Shown piece after piece: positions 12,416 through 25,200 of a stretch of 64,000 bases of DNA (position 1 is the stretch's first letter; each line of letters begins with the position of its first letter). The stretch lies in NCBI RefSeq assembly GCF_044704955.1, contig NW_027252549.1:248001-312000 (forward strand), written 5' to 3'. The DNA is from Pristiophorus japonicus (taxonomy: Eukaryota). Below the pieces are notes generated by a model. It made no database searches. It was not told the DNA's origin and saw nothing but the letters and a program-made list of their open reading frames with translations. Position numbers and translations under genes: made by a program.

Positions 12416-12944
12416 GTCCTAACTCGCACAAAGTCATGTTCACCCATCACCTCACCCCTATGCTTTCTGTCCTACATTGGCTGCCGGTTAAAGAACACCA
12501 CGATTTTGAAAATTCTCATCCTTGTTTACAAATCTCTCCATGGCCTTGCACCTCCCTACCCCTGTACTCTTTTTTCGCCTCACAACCCCTCAAGATATCT
12601 CCGCTCTTCAAATGCTGCCCTTTCGAACATCCCTCATTATACTGCTGAACCATCGGTGGCCTTACCTTCAGTTGTTTGGGCCCTCAACTCTGGAATCCCT
12701 CCCTGAACCTCGAAGCTTATCTAACCATCTTTCCATTTTAAAGACGCTCCTAAAATCAACCCTTTTAGCAAGCTTTTGGTCATATGCCTCAATATCTTCT
12801 TTTTTGTCTTGTTGTCATATGTATCTGTGTTGTCCTATTAAAACTGCTTTGAAGCGCCTTGGGACATTTAACTAGTTTAAACGTGCGATGTAAATAAAAG
12901 TTATTGTTATTATTATTAATAATATTAATTATAATTATTATTAT
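12416..12944 (+). mobile_element. L2-like LINE 3' end inserted in the Penelope RT
   Basis: HWLPV, KILILVYKSLHGLAPPY, PSRYLRSS motifs. Ends AAATAAAAG followed by a (TTA)n tail. Confidence 0.85.
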
Positions 12945-13439
12945 GTGATCAACCTTGCTTCAAATTTGCGACACACTCTTTCCTTCACATGCTCAGTCTG
13001 TCACTCCCTTCCCTTCCTTAACATGTCTAAGTCGATTTCCAAGGATCCGCTCTCTACCAATATCTCCTATAATGTGGCCGACTCTGACAGCTACCTTGAT
13101 TATATGACTTCTCACCCAGCTTGCTGGACGGACTCTATTATAGTGTACAAATGTTGCTGCCTGCGTTGCATTTGTTCCGATGAAGCCACTTGCCACACCA
13201 GTGCTTACAACATGTCTTCCTTTTTCTGAGCTGAGGATACCCATCCTCTGTGGTCATGATCCTGTGAGCCTGTAACCTAGCGTGGAGTGGGTAGGAGAGG
13301 AGGGGCGAAGCAGAATCATGAAGACTGAGACCAGTTGAGTCAATACCTCGGGCTGAGAGACTACAGTGGTGGGATGATTCCCCGGTCCCCCACACCTTTC
13401 TGCAGTGAAAATGCTCTGTTCAGAGAATTTTCACCAGGC

Positions 13440-13965
13440 TGTTTCCTGAGATGAAGGTGTTGACTTATGACGAAAGGATGAGTAGGTTGAGCATATATTC
13501 GTTGGAGTTTAGAAGAATGTGCGGTGATGTTATTGAAACGTATAAGATTCTGAGGTGGCTCGACAGGGAAGATGCAGAGAGGGTATTTCCGCTCATGGGG
13601 AATCTAGAACTTGGGGACATAGTTATAGAATGTTCCTGATGTTGGGGAAGTCCAGAACCAGGCGACATAGTCTAAGGATCAGGGGTAAGCCATTTAGGAC
13701 CAAGATGAGGAGACACCTCCTCACTCAGAGAGTTGTTAACCTGAGGGATTCACTACCGCAGAGAGTTGTTGATGCACTTGATTGGATATATTTAAGAGGG
13801 AGTTAGGTATGGCCCTTACATTAAAGGGATCAAGGAGTCTGGAGGGAAAACAGGAAAGGAGTACTGAGGGAATGATCAGCCATGATCTTATTGAATGATG
13901 GTGCAAGCTCGAAGGGCCCAATGGCCTAATCCTGCCTCTATATTCTACGTTTCTATGTTTCTATG
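13440..13965 (+). mobile_element. Two fused CR1/HER1 3' fragments
   Basis: YSLEFRRMCGDVIETYKIL, then a restart at MFLMLGKSRTR. Ends in a TTTCTATG tail. Confidence 0.9.
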
Positions 13966-15599
13966 CACAGGGTCCTCAATCCAATTTCCCGAATTTATCC
14001 ACAGCCGAGGATTCCCCACCATTGTGGTGGACAAGGCACACCACAGTGTCAATCCAATTTGCTGCGTTACTTTCATCGCCCCTGATCGTCCCTGCTCGAA
14101 CCATGATCGGGTCCCCGTGTCCTCACCTTCGTCTCAACCAATCCCCACATTCAATTGCTGTTCCTTCCTTCTTTGTCCCACCACCAGACATATCCCCTTT
14201 CAGCATTCCGAATGGATCGGTCCCTCCACGACAACCTGGATCACTCCTGAATCGCCCCCAACAGTTCTCCCCAACCACCGGACCTTCAATGCAAAACCTA
14301 GAAAATGCAACACCTGCCCTTTCACATCCATTCATTCCATCGTCCAGGGCCTTCAATCTGAAACAGTAATCGACTTGTATTTCCTCCAATGTAGTATACT
14401 GTATTCGCTGTTCACGATGATGTATCCTGTCGATTGGGGAGGATTAAACAGAGATTGTGTGATTACATTACTGAACTTCTCCATTGTGTCTGGATAAGTG
14501 TCTCTCTCCCTCTCTCTGTCTCACACTCCCCTGGTCACTTGCCCCTTCAATTCTACATCCCACTCCCAGACTGACATCTCGACCTTCGACCTTCTAAAAT
14601 GTTCCCCTTTGTAACTCAATGGGGAACAGCACCACATGTTTCCATTATCCATTTATTGCAACCCGGTCATAAAACTGAGATTAATCTTTTCAGATCATTG
14701 CGACCGCACCCGCTTCCTCAGACAGCATGTGCTGGTAATGAAGGATGTCTTCAGTAGAGCCACTGGGAGTGGAGGAGGTGGGTGCTGGTGCTTGGGATCA
14801 CCTCTCGGTGTACGGCAGGCCTTCTTGGATCTACTGACCTTTCTCCACCAAATTCCTGGGCCATGGGAGCCTTCTGATCTTTGCCAGATTTACCTTGCTC
14901 CCCACCGTCCCACCGCCCCATTCTGTTATCCTGCTCTATCCACTTACATCTCCTCTGGACTCATTTCCTGTTCCTTTAGTTGTCCCATGTGTCTTACACC
15001 ATCATCCCTTTTGTCGTTGAATCACTCCTGCCCACCGTCCCATCAAAGACCTTCAACTTTGTTCTTTCCTCCTCCTAACACAACTTTCTCTTCCTCTGAC
15101 ATTGCCTTAAAACTGTTCATCTCTCGCGGATTCCAGTATTGAAGTAAGGTTATCACCTGAAACGTTAAATCTATTTCTCTCTCCACAGATGCTGCCTGCC
15201 ACACTGAGTGTATTTAGCTTTCTCTGTATTTTATCAGATTTACCACCGTTAGTATGGGGGTAGTCTAAGCAGAGGGAGAGAGAGGGAGAGCGTGTGGAGC
15301 CTTGGTGAAGGAACACCTGCAGCTCCTGGCCCACAACCGGGTCCGTGAAGGCACTTCCATTGCCCCCGAAGCAGTCCTCGGCTCACTTTAGCTACCGGTT
15401 ATCCCGAGGCCTGGGAAACACAGCCAACCAGAGTTAAACCCATAAAATATGTTAAACCCGTAAAATAGTTTAAATCTGCAGCTACCATCCGCATTAGAAC
15501 ATTTATATTGCCCACACGCCCGCTGGGATGGCTCGGTTCCTTCCCACTGCCCCGTCGCTGCTAAACTCGGAAGCAGTGGGTTGGAAGTAGGTTAGGTTA

Positions 15600-16168
15600 T
15601 AGAAACATAAAAACATAGAAAATAGGTGCAGGAGTAGACCATTCGGCCCTTTGAGCCTGCAGCGCCATTCAATGAGTTCATGGCTGAACATGCAACTTCA
15701 GTACCCCATTCCTGCTTTCTCGCCATACCCCTTGATCCCCCTAGTAGTAAGGACCTCATTTAACTCCTTTTTGAATATATTTAGTGAATTGGCCTCAACA
15801 ACTTTCTGTGGTAGAGAATTCCACAGGTTCACCACTCTCTGGGTGAAGAAGTGTCTCCTCATCTTGGTCCTAAATGGCTTACCCCTTATCCTTAGACTGT
15901 GAACCCTGGTTCTGGACTTTCCCAACATCGGGAACATTCTTCCTGCACCTAACCTGTCCAGTCCCGTCAGATTTTTAAACGTTCCTGTGAGATCACCTCT
16001 CATTCTTCTGAACTCCCGTGAATACAAGCCCAGTTGATCCAGTCTTTCTTGATAGGTCAGTCCCGCCATCCCGGCAATCAGTCTGGTGAAGCTTCGCTGC
16101 ACTCCCTCAATAGCAAGAATGTCCTTCCTCAAGTTAGGAGACCAAAACTCTACACAATACTCCAGGTT
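15600..16168 (-). mobile_element. HER1-like LINE 3' fragment (relatively young)
   Basis: Open minus frame LEYCVEFWSPNLRKD...GIKGYGEKAGMGY. Reverse-complement tail AGAAACATA at 15601. Confidence 0.95.
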
Positions 16169-16314
16169 GGGATGATATACTTTACATGGTAACCCCTGAC
16201 CCGACGTCCACGCGGCCAATTTTGTGCTAAATCACAGGTCATACTGTCTGGGCTCAGTCATCGAGAATGTGTGACCAATAATTGACCCTTTCTTTTCCCT
16301 TCTGTTTATTACAG

Positions 16315-17225
16315 TGAATTTAGTGGCGATTGTGATCCTGTCCCGGGGAAAGTGCGGGCTGTCCACCTGCACCACTCGCTACCTGGTGGCCATGGCAGCG
16401 GCGGATCTACTGGTGGTCATCACTGAGATCATACTACGGTGGATCAGTTGGTATTATTTCCCGGGATCTTTGCTGGATATCACCCCTGTGTGTAGTGTTA
16501 TCAATCTCCTGTCCCGTGTAACCACAGATTGTTCTGTCTGGTTCACCGTCACTTTCACCTTTGATCGATTTGTGGCAATTTGTTGGCAGAAGCTGAAAAC
16601 CAAATATTGCACCGGGAGAACTGCGGCTGTGGTCCTGGCAACAAGCTGCATTCTGCTCTGCTCAAAAAACATTCCGCACTACTTTACAATTGAACCCTGG
16701 GAGATAATCGACAATGTTCCGTGGTACTGTTCCTTCATCCCAGCCTATTTTACTGAGCCCGGATGGGTGGGATTTGACTTGTTTGATACGGTTGTAACCC
16801 CACTGCTCCCATTCGCTGTAATATTGTTGCTCAACGCACTGACAGTCAGATACATTTTAGTGTCCAGTCGAGTCCGGAAGGGACTGAGGGGTGAGAACAA
16901 GGCGGGGAATGGCAGTGACCCAGAGATGGAGAGCAGGAGGAAGTCTGTCATTTTACTCTTCACTATATCCGGCAGCTTCATACTGCTGTGGCTGATAAAT
17001 GTTATAGATGTATTTTATTATAGCATTACAGGAATAAATCCCAGTGATTACAGTGATTCTTTATATCAATTTACAGAGGTCGGATTTATACTGCGGAATT
17101 TAAGTTGCTGCACAAACACATTTATTTACGGGGTGACACAGTCCAAGTTCAGAGAGCAGTTGAAGAGCGCGGTGAAATATCCGGTTACCTCAATTGTACA
17201 ATTAATTAATAAACAGAACAACTGA
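16315..17225 (+). CDS. Coding exon 2 of GPR139/GPR142-like class A GPCR (TM1 end to TM7 and C-tail); spliced product 324 aa
   Basis: Polypyrimidine tract plus TACAG acceptor ending at 16314. Uninterrupted frame with hydrophobic helices, MAAADLLV (TM2), FTFDRFVAIC (DRY-like), PLLPF (TM5), NTFIY (NPxxY variant) and SKFREQL helix 8. Confidence 0.93.
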
Positions 17226-17669
17226 TCGCAGCCCAGATGCAGGTCTCAGTGTTTGCAGTCCAGGAATGTAATATTTAGCAGCAGAATTCCTTCCATTGAA
17301 TTACACCAGGAATGGCTGGTGATCTGATCATACACCCAGCGGCGGGACAAGCACTGTCTGTTGGAGACGGCATATTTCTGATTGAAAATTCCCACATGAT
17401 CTTTTGGGAAATACCACACGAGCATTCTCTCTGAGCTCTTCTGTAACGGGTCACTTCAGCTATTTAGTGCAGCTAGACATTGCATCTTCCAGAGTGAGAG
17501 GCTCGACAATACGTAGGCAGGAAGGGCTGAGCTCCAGTTCAGTGGGTTATATTATATACAACATAGAGCAGATAATCAGGCTATTCGGCCCAACCAGTGT
17601 GTGCTGGTGAGTATGCTCAGCACCAGATTAGAAAGTGAGAAACTGAATGAGGCAGAGGTTCAATGTATG

Positions 17670-17800
17670 ACGTGCCAGACTGAGCAGGAGGTCCAGAACA
17701 TACACACTGCGCACTTACAGTGAGAAGAGGTCTTACATCGACTTACCAAGCACACCTGCCTTCGGAAACTGCGCTTCCACAAAGTGGTTATCACTGAAAT
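17670..17800 (+). mobile_element. 5' fragment of Harbinger nuclease ORF (duplicate of about 22290-22431)
   Basis: Near-identical to the start of the Harbinger nuclease region at 22290. Truncated by a CR1 tail at about 17802. Confidence 0.7.
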
Positions 17801-17801
17801 T

Positions 17802-18795
17802 AAACATAAGAACATAAGATTTAGGAAGAGGAGTAGGCCATCTAGCCCCTCGACCCTGCTCCGCCATTCAACAAGATCATGGCTGATCTGGCCGTGGACT
17901 CAGCTCCACTTACCGGCCCCCTCCCCGTAATCCTTAATTCTCTTATTGGTTTATAATCTATCTATCTGTGATTTGAATACATTCAATGAGCTAGCCTCAA
18001 CTGCTAACTTGCGCAGAGAATTCCACAGATTCACAACCCTCTTGGAGACGAAATTTCTTCTCAACTCGGTTTTAAATTGGCTCTCCCGTATTTTGAGGCT
18101 GTGCCCCCTAGTTCTAGTCTCCCGAACCAGTGGAAACAACCTATCTGCCTCTATCTTGTCTATCCCTTTCATTATTTTAAATGATTTTATAAGATCACCC
18201 CTCATCCTTCTGAACTCCAACGAGTAAAGACCCAGTCTACTCAATATATCATCATAAGGTAACCGCCTCATCTCCGGAATCAGCCTAGTCAATCGCCTCT
18301 GTACCCCCTCCAAAGCTAATATATCCTTCCTTAAGTAAGGTGACCAAAACTGCAGGCAGTACTCCAGGTGCGGCCTCAACAATACCCTGTACAGTTGCAG
18401 CAGGACCTCCCTGCTTTTGTACTCCATCCCTGTCGCAATGAAGGCCAACATTCCATTCGCCTTCCCGATTACTTGCTGCAGCTGCAAACTAACATTTTGG
18501 GATTCATGCACAAGGACCCCCCAGGACCCTCTGCACCGCAGCATCTTGTAATTTATCCCCCATTCAAATAATATTCCCTGTTACTGTTTTTTTTACCCAA
18601 GGTGGATGACCTCACATTTTCCAGACATTGTATTTCATCTGCCAAACGTTAGCCCATTCGCTTAACCTATCTAAATCTCTTTGCAGCCTCTCTGTGTCCT
18701 CTACACAACCCACTTTCCCACTAATCTTTGTGTCATCTGCAAATTTGGTTCACTATACTCTGTTCCCTCTTCACGGTCATCTATGTATATTGTAT
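17802..18795 (-). mobile_element. CR1 LINE 3' fragment, (TTCTTATG)-tail subfamily
   Basis: ORF 17951-18544 LLRPHLEYCLQFWSPYLRKD...TRGHSLKIR. Tail AACATAAGAACATAAG at the left end. Confidence 0.93.
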
Positions 18796-19129
18796 TCGTG
18801 TCGCAGTCTGACAGACCTCTGCCGTGCCAGTTTCTGTATTTGCGACCCATTCCGACAGATCGCTGGCATGTGTGGAACTGTGTTCGGGTAGCAGTTGGAC
18901 AGGCCTCTGCACTCCCTGAATCTATATCCGATTCCCAGTGGGACAAAGCCCACTCCTATCTGTATCTGTATTATCTGTTACTATCCCACCTGTAATTTTA
19001 GGGTGGAGCCCTATTGTTCTGGATTCCACTCCAGAGGATATAGTTTTACTCCAACTAGCCCATCTAATCCCTAATTCATTTTAGCTATTTCAACTTAATC
19101 GAGATCGAATTCTAAAGTGAACGCGAGGG

Positions 19130-20329
19130 AATCTAATGCAGTTCTTTAAATCCAGCAGCATTATGTTGAATCCCACATGGCCAATATGTTCTATTTTCCC
19201 CTTTAGTCGGTGTGCCATTATTTTTCCAACCACCGACGTTAAGCTGTCTCTTCGATTGTGTCCTGGGCATGTTCTATCTCCTTTCTTAAATATTGGTATT
19301 ACGTTAGCTATCTGGCTGTGTTCTGGCTGCACACGTTATACTAACGAAAACAGTGCCTCTGCGATCTCTACTTTAAATTGGTTTAAATTGTGCAGATGTA
19401 ATCCGTCCGGAGCCGGGTTTTATTCTCTTTGAGTTTGCTTAGTTTATTTAATAGCTCCCCACTTTTTATTTTAAATGAAATTAACTCCATATTAATCTCA
19501 TCGTCTAATATTATGTTCACCTGCTCTGTCGCCCTGATAAATAACGAAGCAAAGCAATTACTTAATATTTCTGCCATCTCTCTATCGCTGCCTGTCCAAT
19601 CCTCTGTGGTCATATTCCCATTCCAACCTTCCTTTTGAATTGATGTACCTGTAAAAAATGTTGCTATTTTCTTCTTTGTTCCTTGAAAATTTAAGGTCAC
19701 AGTTGCTCTCTGCCTTTCTAATAGATTTTGACTTCATTCCTACTCTCTCCATATTCTCCCTTATCATGCTGACCACCGCTGTCCATGGAATTAATGCATG
19801 CCTCTATCCTTAACCTAATTTGTTTCTGTATATCTTTATTCATCATTAGTGCTCAGTGTGGTCTTTTATTTAGCAGAATATCTATTTTCCCGAATTCTGC
19901 TGCACAGCGTTTCAAATGTTTCCCTTTGAAATTCTTGTCATGTTTTTCCAATATTATTGGTCATTTTATTTTCCCATGTTCTATTCGCAAGTCCAACTTT
20001 TCTCCAAGCAATTAAACTGATCTTCGTCATACTTATGTCCATTTCAATTATGAGCTTACAGCATATTATATTATAATTGCATAGATGTATCCCAACATTT
20101 AGTTCTCCTATCTGCTCTGCTTTATTCCCTATTACGACATCCAATAGCGAACCCTTCCTTGTTGGTCTCCTTATTGATTGGGTTCGAAAGCATTCATGTA
20201 CGCATTGTGGGAACTCCATTCCCTCATCCTCTTCCCGACCTCTTCTATCCAATTAATATCGCAACAGTTGACATTTCACGTGATTATTACTCCGTATCTT
20301 TCTACTCATTTCCCTGTGTTCAATGCTTT
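19130..20329 (-). mobile_element. Old CR1 LINE fragment (APE C-terminus to RT N-terminus)
   Basis: PTRKGSLLDVVIGN, EMAEILSNCFASLF, ANVIPIFKKGDRTCPGHNR..SLTSVVGK. Confidence 0.85.
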
Positions 20330-21230
20330 GGGTTGGATATTACACTTTTGTGCAGTTAGCCCAAAAATGCACGTTATTTCCGACGTGGGCGTTAACAAAG
20401 AGTTTTCAAATCACCTGATACTCGCCTATTCTCAAAGACCTGACAACTTCCACTTTTGAGGTTATCTCCCCAAAAATGGGCGTAATTTCTGGCGTGGCGT
20501 TGACAAAGTGTTTTCAGACCGCCGGCTTCTCGACCATTCTCAAAAAACCCAATTTCCTTTTTAGAAAATGTGCGTGACACCCGGCGAATTCAAGATTTTT
20601 TTGACCTTCTGCGTAAAGTGGCCGTCCTTCGCAACGGCATGGCAACGCTCAGTTCCTGCAGTTCTGGAAATCAAGGGTCATCGTGACATCAACTGAAGAG
20701 GAGTTGGGGAGAGAGGGTACTCTGAGGGACTGAATGCGTGTCTGGGTGTCCTTTGACTACTTTGGGAGGAGGGAGGGAGAATTTGGAGCTTCACAACAAG
20801 TAGGGAATGAAAGATTAGTAGCCGCCAGCCATATATTTGCCTCAATTTGGCATATAATGGAGAGCCAGGAGGAGGCATCACAGCACGCTTTGGACTCTGA
20901 CGCTAGAAAGTGCAGTGAGTTCGGAGAGGAACACATTGGAGGCGCAAAAGAGCCACGTGGTTCTCGGACGAGTCAAATACCTCGCTCCTGCAGGAGGTCC
21001 ATTTATGCTGGAGTGATTAGGCACAGGGTGGGGATGGGAAGCCCACCCCAAAGGATATGGACTGAGATAGCACAGTTGGTGTCACCGGCAACCAAAAAGG
21101 TTTGTGAGCACAACCAATGCCACAAACGATAGAACGACCTCGTGGAATGCGCAAGATTAAGAAGCACAATGATTTAGATTTACTTATGTATTTATTAAAA
21201 TGGATTTGTAACAACCATGATTGATTCTCA
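20330..21230 (+). mobile_element. PIF/Harbinger element end with start of Myb/SANT-like ORF
   Basis: GGG-starting terminus. Subterminal sequence is homologous (inverted) to 25260-25521. Peptide IWTEIAQLVS...NQCHKR*NDL fits the Myb/SANT trihelix pattern. Confidence 0.75.
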
Positions 21231-21234
21231 TCAG

Positions 21235-21377
21235 GCGAGGAGGATGCTATGAGGCTGCAGAGTGACTTGGATAGGTTAGGTGAGTGGGCAAATGCATGGC
21301 AGATGCAGTATAATGTGGATAAATGTGAGATTATCCACTTTGGTAGTAAAAACAGAGAGACAGACTATTATCTCAAT
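21235..21377 (+). mobile_element. Short internal HER1 RT fragment
   Basis: Near-identical to 2853-2995 (GCGAGGAGGATGCTATGAGGCTGCAGAG...GACTATTATCT). Confidence 0.9.
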
Positions 21378-21860
21378 CCCAGGCTTTTATACTGAGCACA
21401 GATAGCTGGCATTTGACTTGTTTGATACGGTTTTAACCCCACTGCTCCCATTCGCTGTAATTTTGTTGCTCAATGCTCTGACAGTCACACACATTTTAGT
21501 GGCCAGTCAAATCCGGAACGGACTGAGGGGTGAGACCAAGGGGGAGAATTGCAGTCACCCAGAGATGGAGAGCAGGAGGAGGTCTGTGATTTTACTCTTC
21601 ACCATATCCGGTAGCTTCATACTGCTGTGGCTGGTATATGTTATAGAATTCTTATATTACAGCATTAGAGGAACAAATCCCGATTATTACAATTATTCTT
21701 TATAAACCTTTGGACAAGTCAGAGATATACTGCAGCATTTAAGTTGCTGCACAAATATATTTATTTATGGGGTGACCCAGTCCAATTCAGAGAGTAGTTG
21801 AAGAGCGGTGAAATATCCGGTGACCTCAATTATTCAATTAATTAATAACAGAACAACTGA
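21376..21860 (+). pseudogene. 5'-truncated pseudogene paralog of the GPR139-like receptor (ECL2 end to C-tail)
   Basis: Colinear with 16737-17225. In-frame TAG (about 21403), TAA (21703) and small deletions after 21780. Confidence 0.92.
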
Positions 21861-22289
21861 GCACAGCCCAGAGGCGGCGCGCAGTGTTTCCAGTCCAGAC
21901 ATGTAATATTTAGCCCCAGACTTCCATCCACTGAATTACACCAGGAATGGTTGGTGATCTGATAATACACCCAGCGACGCGGCACGCACTATGCTTCAGA
22001 CACGGCAATATTTCTGATTGACAATTCCCACATAGTCTTTTGGGATAGATTGTTGCATTCTGTCTGAGCTCTTCTATAAAGTGTCACTGCAGCTATTTAG
22101 TACAGCTATATTTTGCATCTTCCAGATTGAGAGGCTCGACAATAGGTAGGCAGGCAGGACTGGGCTAGAGTTAAGAGGATTATATTATATAGAACATAGA
22201 GCAGAGATTCAGGCTATTCGGCCCAACCAGTCTGTGCTGGTGTGTATGCTCAGCACTAGATTAGAAAGTGAGAAACTGAATGAGGCAGA

Positions 22290-25200
22290 GTTGCAATGTA
22301 AACATGCCAGACTGAGCAGGAGTTCCAGACATACACACCCCGCACTTACAGGGAGAAGCGGCCTTAGCTCGACTTACCAAGCACACCTGCGTTCGGAAAC
22401 TGTGCTTCCACAATGTGGTTATCACTGAAATATGCCATCCCATCAGGGCAGATATGCAGTCTGCCAGCACATTCATCACACCACTGTCCGCCGAGGTCAT
22501 GTTCACCACGGCACTATCGTTCTACGCGTCCGCTACGGTTCAGGCCTCTGCGGTAGATATTTTCCCTCAGTCTCACCATGCCATACATTGCTGCGACAGA
22601 ACGGTGTGTAGGATGGAATTTATCTGCTTCCCTGTGACGAGCGAGGCTTAGACTGACAGCGCTGATACTTTCTACAGCATTGCTAAGTTCCCCAAGCTAA
22701 AGGGATCAATACAATGTACGCACATCGCAATGCGGACACCTTCTCATGACCGAGAGATTTTTCGCAACAGAAAAGGATTTCACTCCCTGAAGGTACAACT
22801 AGTTGCGGACCACAACCAGATAATTATGACAGTGAATGCCACATATCCGGGCAGCTTCGATGAGGCTCATATCCTCCGTGAGAGAGCTGCATCAGAAATG
22901 TTTACCAGTCAGCTACAAATACAATGCTGGATGCTTGGTGACAAACGTTATGGCCCAGCCACCTGGCTATGACTCCCCAGCATGACACGCGCACCGAGGC
23001 CGAGAAGAGATACAACGAGAGCCACAGAGCTGTACGCAATGTGAACCAGAAAATCATTAGCGTGTGTAAGCAGCTCAGGAGGGGAGCTACAAGACAACCT
23101 TGATCAGGTAGCTCAATTCCTGGTCGTGTGCTCCATGCTGCACAACCTGGCTATCAGGAGGGGACAAGAATTGGCACAATGGACTGATGGTCCTGATCAG
23201 GAGAGAGAGGAAGAGGAGGACGAGGAGCTAACTTCGGGCCAGAAAGTCAGGGTGACGATGCACCCGTTCCCACGCCCACCTCCAGATTTGCCTGAAACGT
23301 TGCTATTATTGGCAAAGCTGATACACCACTGTGTGTGCAGCTCACACAGCAATGTTGGGCATCATATTGGTGCCAGTTAATGTTTAAGTTAATTCAAGTT
23401 AATTGTAATTATATCCTTTTATGATAGGCAATCAGCAGTGTGTGACTGTCCAGCTATCGAAGACAATGTGCATCAAGGTTATGCTAAATAAAAAACATTT
23501 AACACTACAATTATTCTGAAATCATGTGTCACTGGCAATAACACCCCAACCCACTCCACCCTCATTTTTCAAACATTGACATAAATCAAGTCGTCAACAT
23601 GTCCAGCAACACAGAACACAAATGCAAACCAACAGGTTGGCCCCCTCCGCCCACAAATTACAACAAATTGCATACACCTAGATGGAGATATAACAAAGCT
23701 ATCACGTGCGGACATGCACTTCATTTTCCTTCCCCCCTCGCATTCTTCTGCGCACCTCTACCCCTTCCCCTCCTCAGTCCGTGCCGCCTAGCTGAGGTGC
23801 TCTGCAGACGGTTCCACCTTGGGGTGGATGAAGGCAGAGCCGCTGGTCGCACGGATCCGGGAGCGGAACTACCGAGGTGGCAACATTCTCGGATCCAGAA
23901 AAAGGAACTTGCTCCAGCTTCTCATGTGTCCTTGGCACTGGTGGTGTGGACTGCTGCGCTCCGGCACCTCTGGGAGGCCTGTGTCACGAGTGTTCCTGGC
24001 TAACACCTCCAGGGCCTATGCCATCCATGGAACGTTCTCTGTCAATGTGCTAGAGATGCTGGCCAGCTGTCGGGTTATGCCTCCCAATGCCTCTAGCAAC
24101 TGGTCACCTATGTCTACAGTCTTCCTGCGCAACTATACCATCCCTCCTGCGGAGGCCTGTGGCGAAGTGCTTGGGCACGGCACATTCAGAGTGAAGTTAG
24201 GAATGGCGGGAGGCGCACTAGTTGGTCTTGTGTTGGAATGTCTTCTCGAGCGCGGCAATGCAGACTCATCAAAGACGGTGCTTTCATCCGTGAAGTCTAG
24301 ACCCAGCTGATTGACAGGCGAGAAGCAGTGCTCCTCAGCATCAGATGTAGGATCGTCTGGCTATTACGGTCCCGTACCCCAACTCCTGGTCTCTGTCATC
24401 TTGCCCTAGGACACGCTACTGGCTGAGCTGCAAAATATAAAAAAAAAGGTTATTCGAGGAGTAGAGAGTGCTAGGGTCACAAAGTCATTCCAACGCTACA
24501 CAATCCATATTTACGACAAAAACACCACCGCTATCAACTTCACCACAGACGTCACATTTCATGCCCATCAGCACATTCTGTGCTGCAATGATTCTCACGA
24601 GGCCATCATTTTTTTAAAGATAATTTGAGATACCAGCTATCATATATTATTGTTCAGATATGAGTGCGTGTTGAATCAATTGATCTTGCATCAGGCAACG
24701 GTGTATAATTTACCCACGTGGCATCACTTCAGGGTCTGAAGCTGCTTCCATGTCCGTCTCGGGTTCTTCCCCATGAGTACGAGCACCCGCTTCTCCATCT
24801 CAGTGATGTCGCTGGTGACTGGTGGCGCCCACCCGTTCGCCTCTGCTCAGACCTAATCGTCAATAGTTTCTTCTGCAAAAGGTGACAGGATGACATGGCA
24901 TGAGAGCATTGTGTGATATCTTCTCTCGGTAATATCAGAGAGACAGATACAACACATAACCGACAGATGTAATCATGAGTATTATGATAATTATCATTCG
25001 TGACATAAAGACGTGCGCCGTGACGCAGGCTTTGAGTACAACTCACTGCTCTGGCCCGCTTCAGTTTCCATAGCGTGCTGGCTTGCCTTCTCCAGTCCCT
25101 CCATTATAGTCACGAAATTCGAAAATCTGGCTTGTAACAGCTAATTATTTTTTCCCAATTTGCTGTAAAGTTCGAAACACTCCCTCTTTCCTCGCAAAGT

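Larger units (their letters stand above)
12230..15245 (+). mobile_element. Penelope-like retroelement relic (RT and GIY-YIG), fragmented by nested insertions
   Basis: GIGMG..PS, YIDD (about 12361), LPFLN..., SYLDYMTSHP, RGFP, CNTCPF and NVVYCIRCS-like GIY-YIG start near 14390. Terminal repeat CCTGAAACGTTAA..CTCTCCACAGATGCTGCC at about 15157-15200. Confidence 0.85.

Noticed and set aside
22730-23380. Domesticated HARBI1 gene
   Set aside because: It has stops, frameshifts and altered catalytic motifs, and is accompanied by a Myb gene and a transposon terminus, so it is a dead element.
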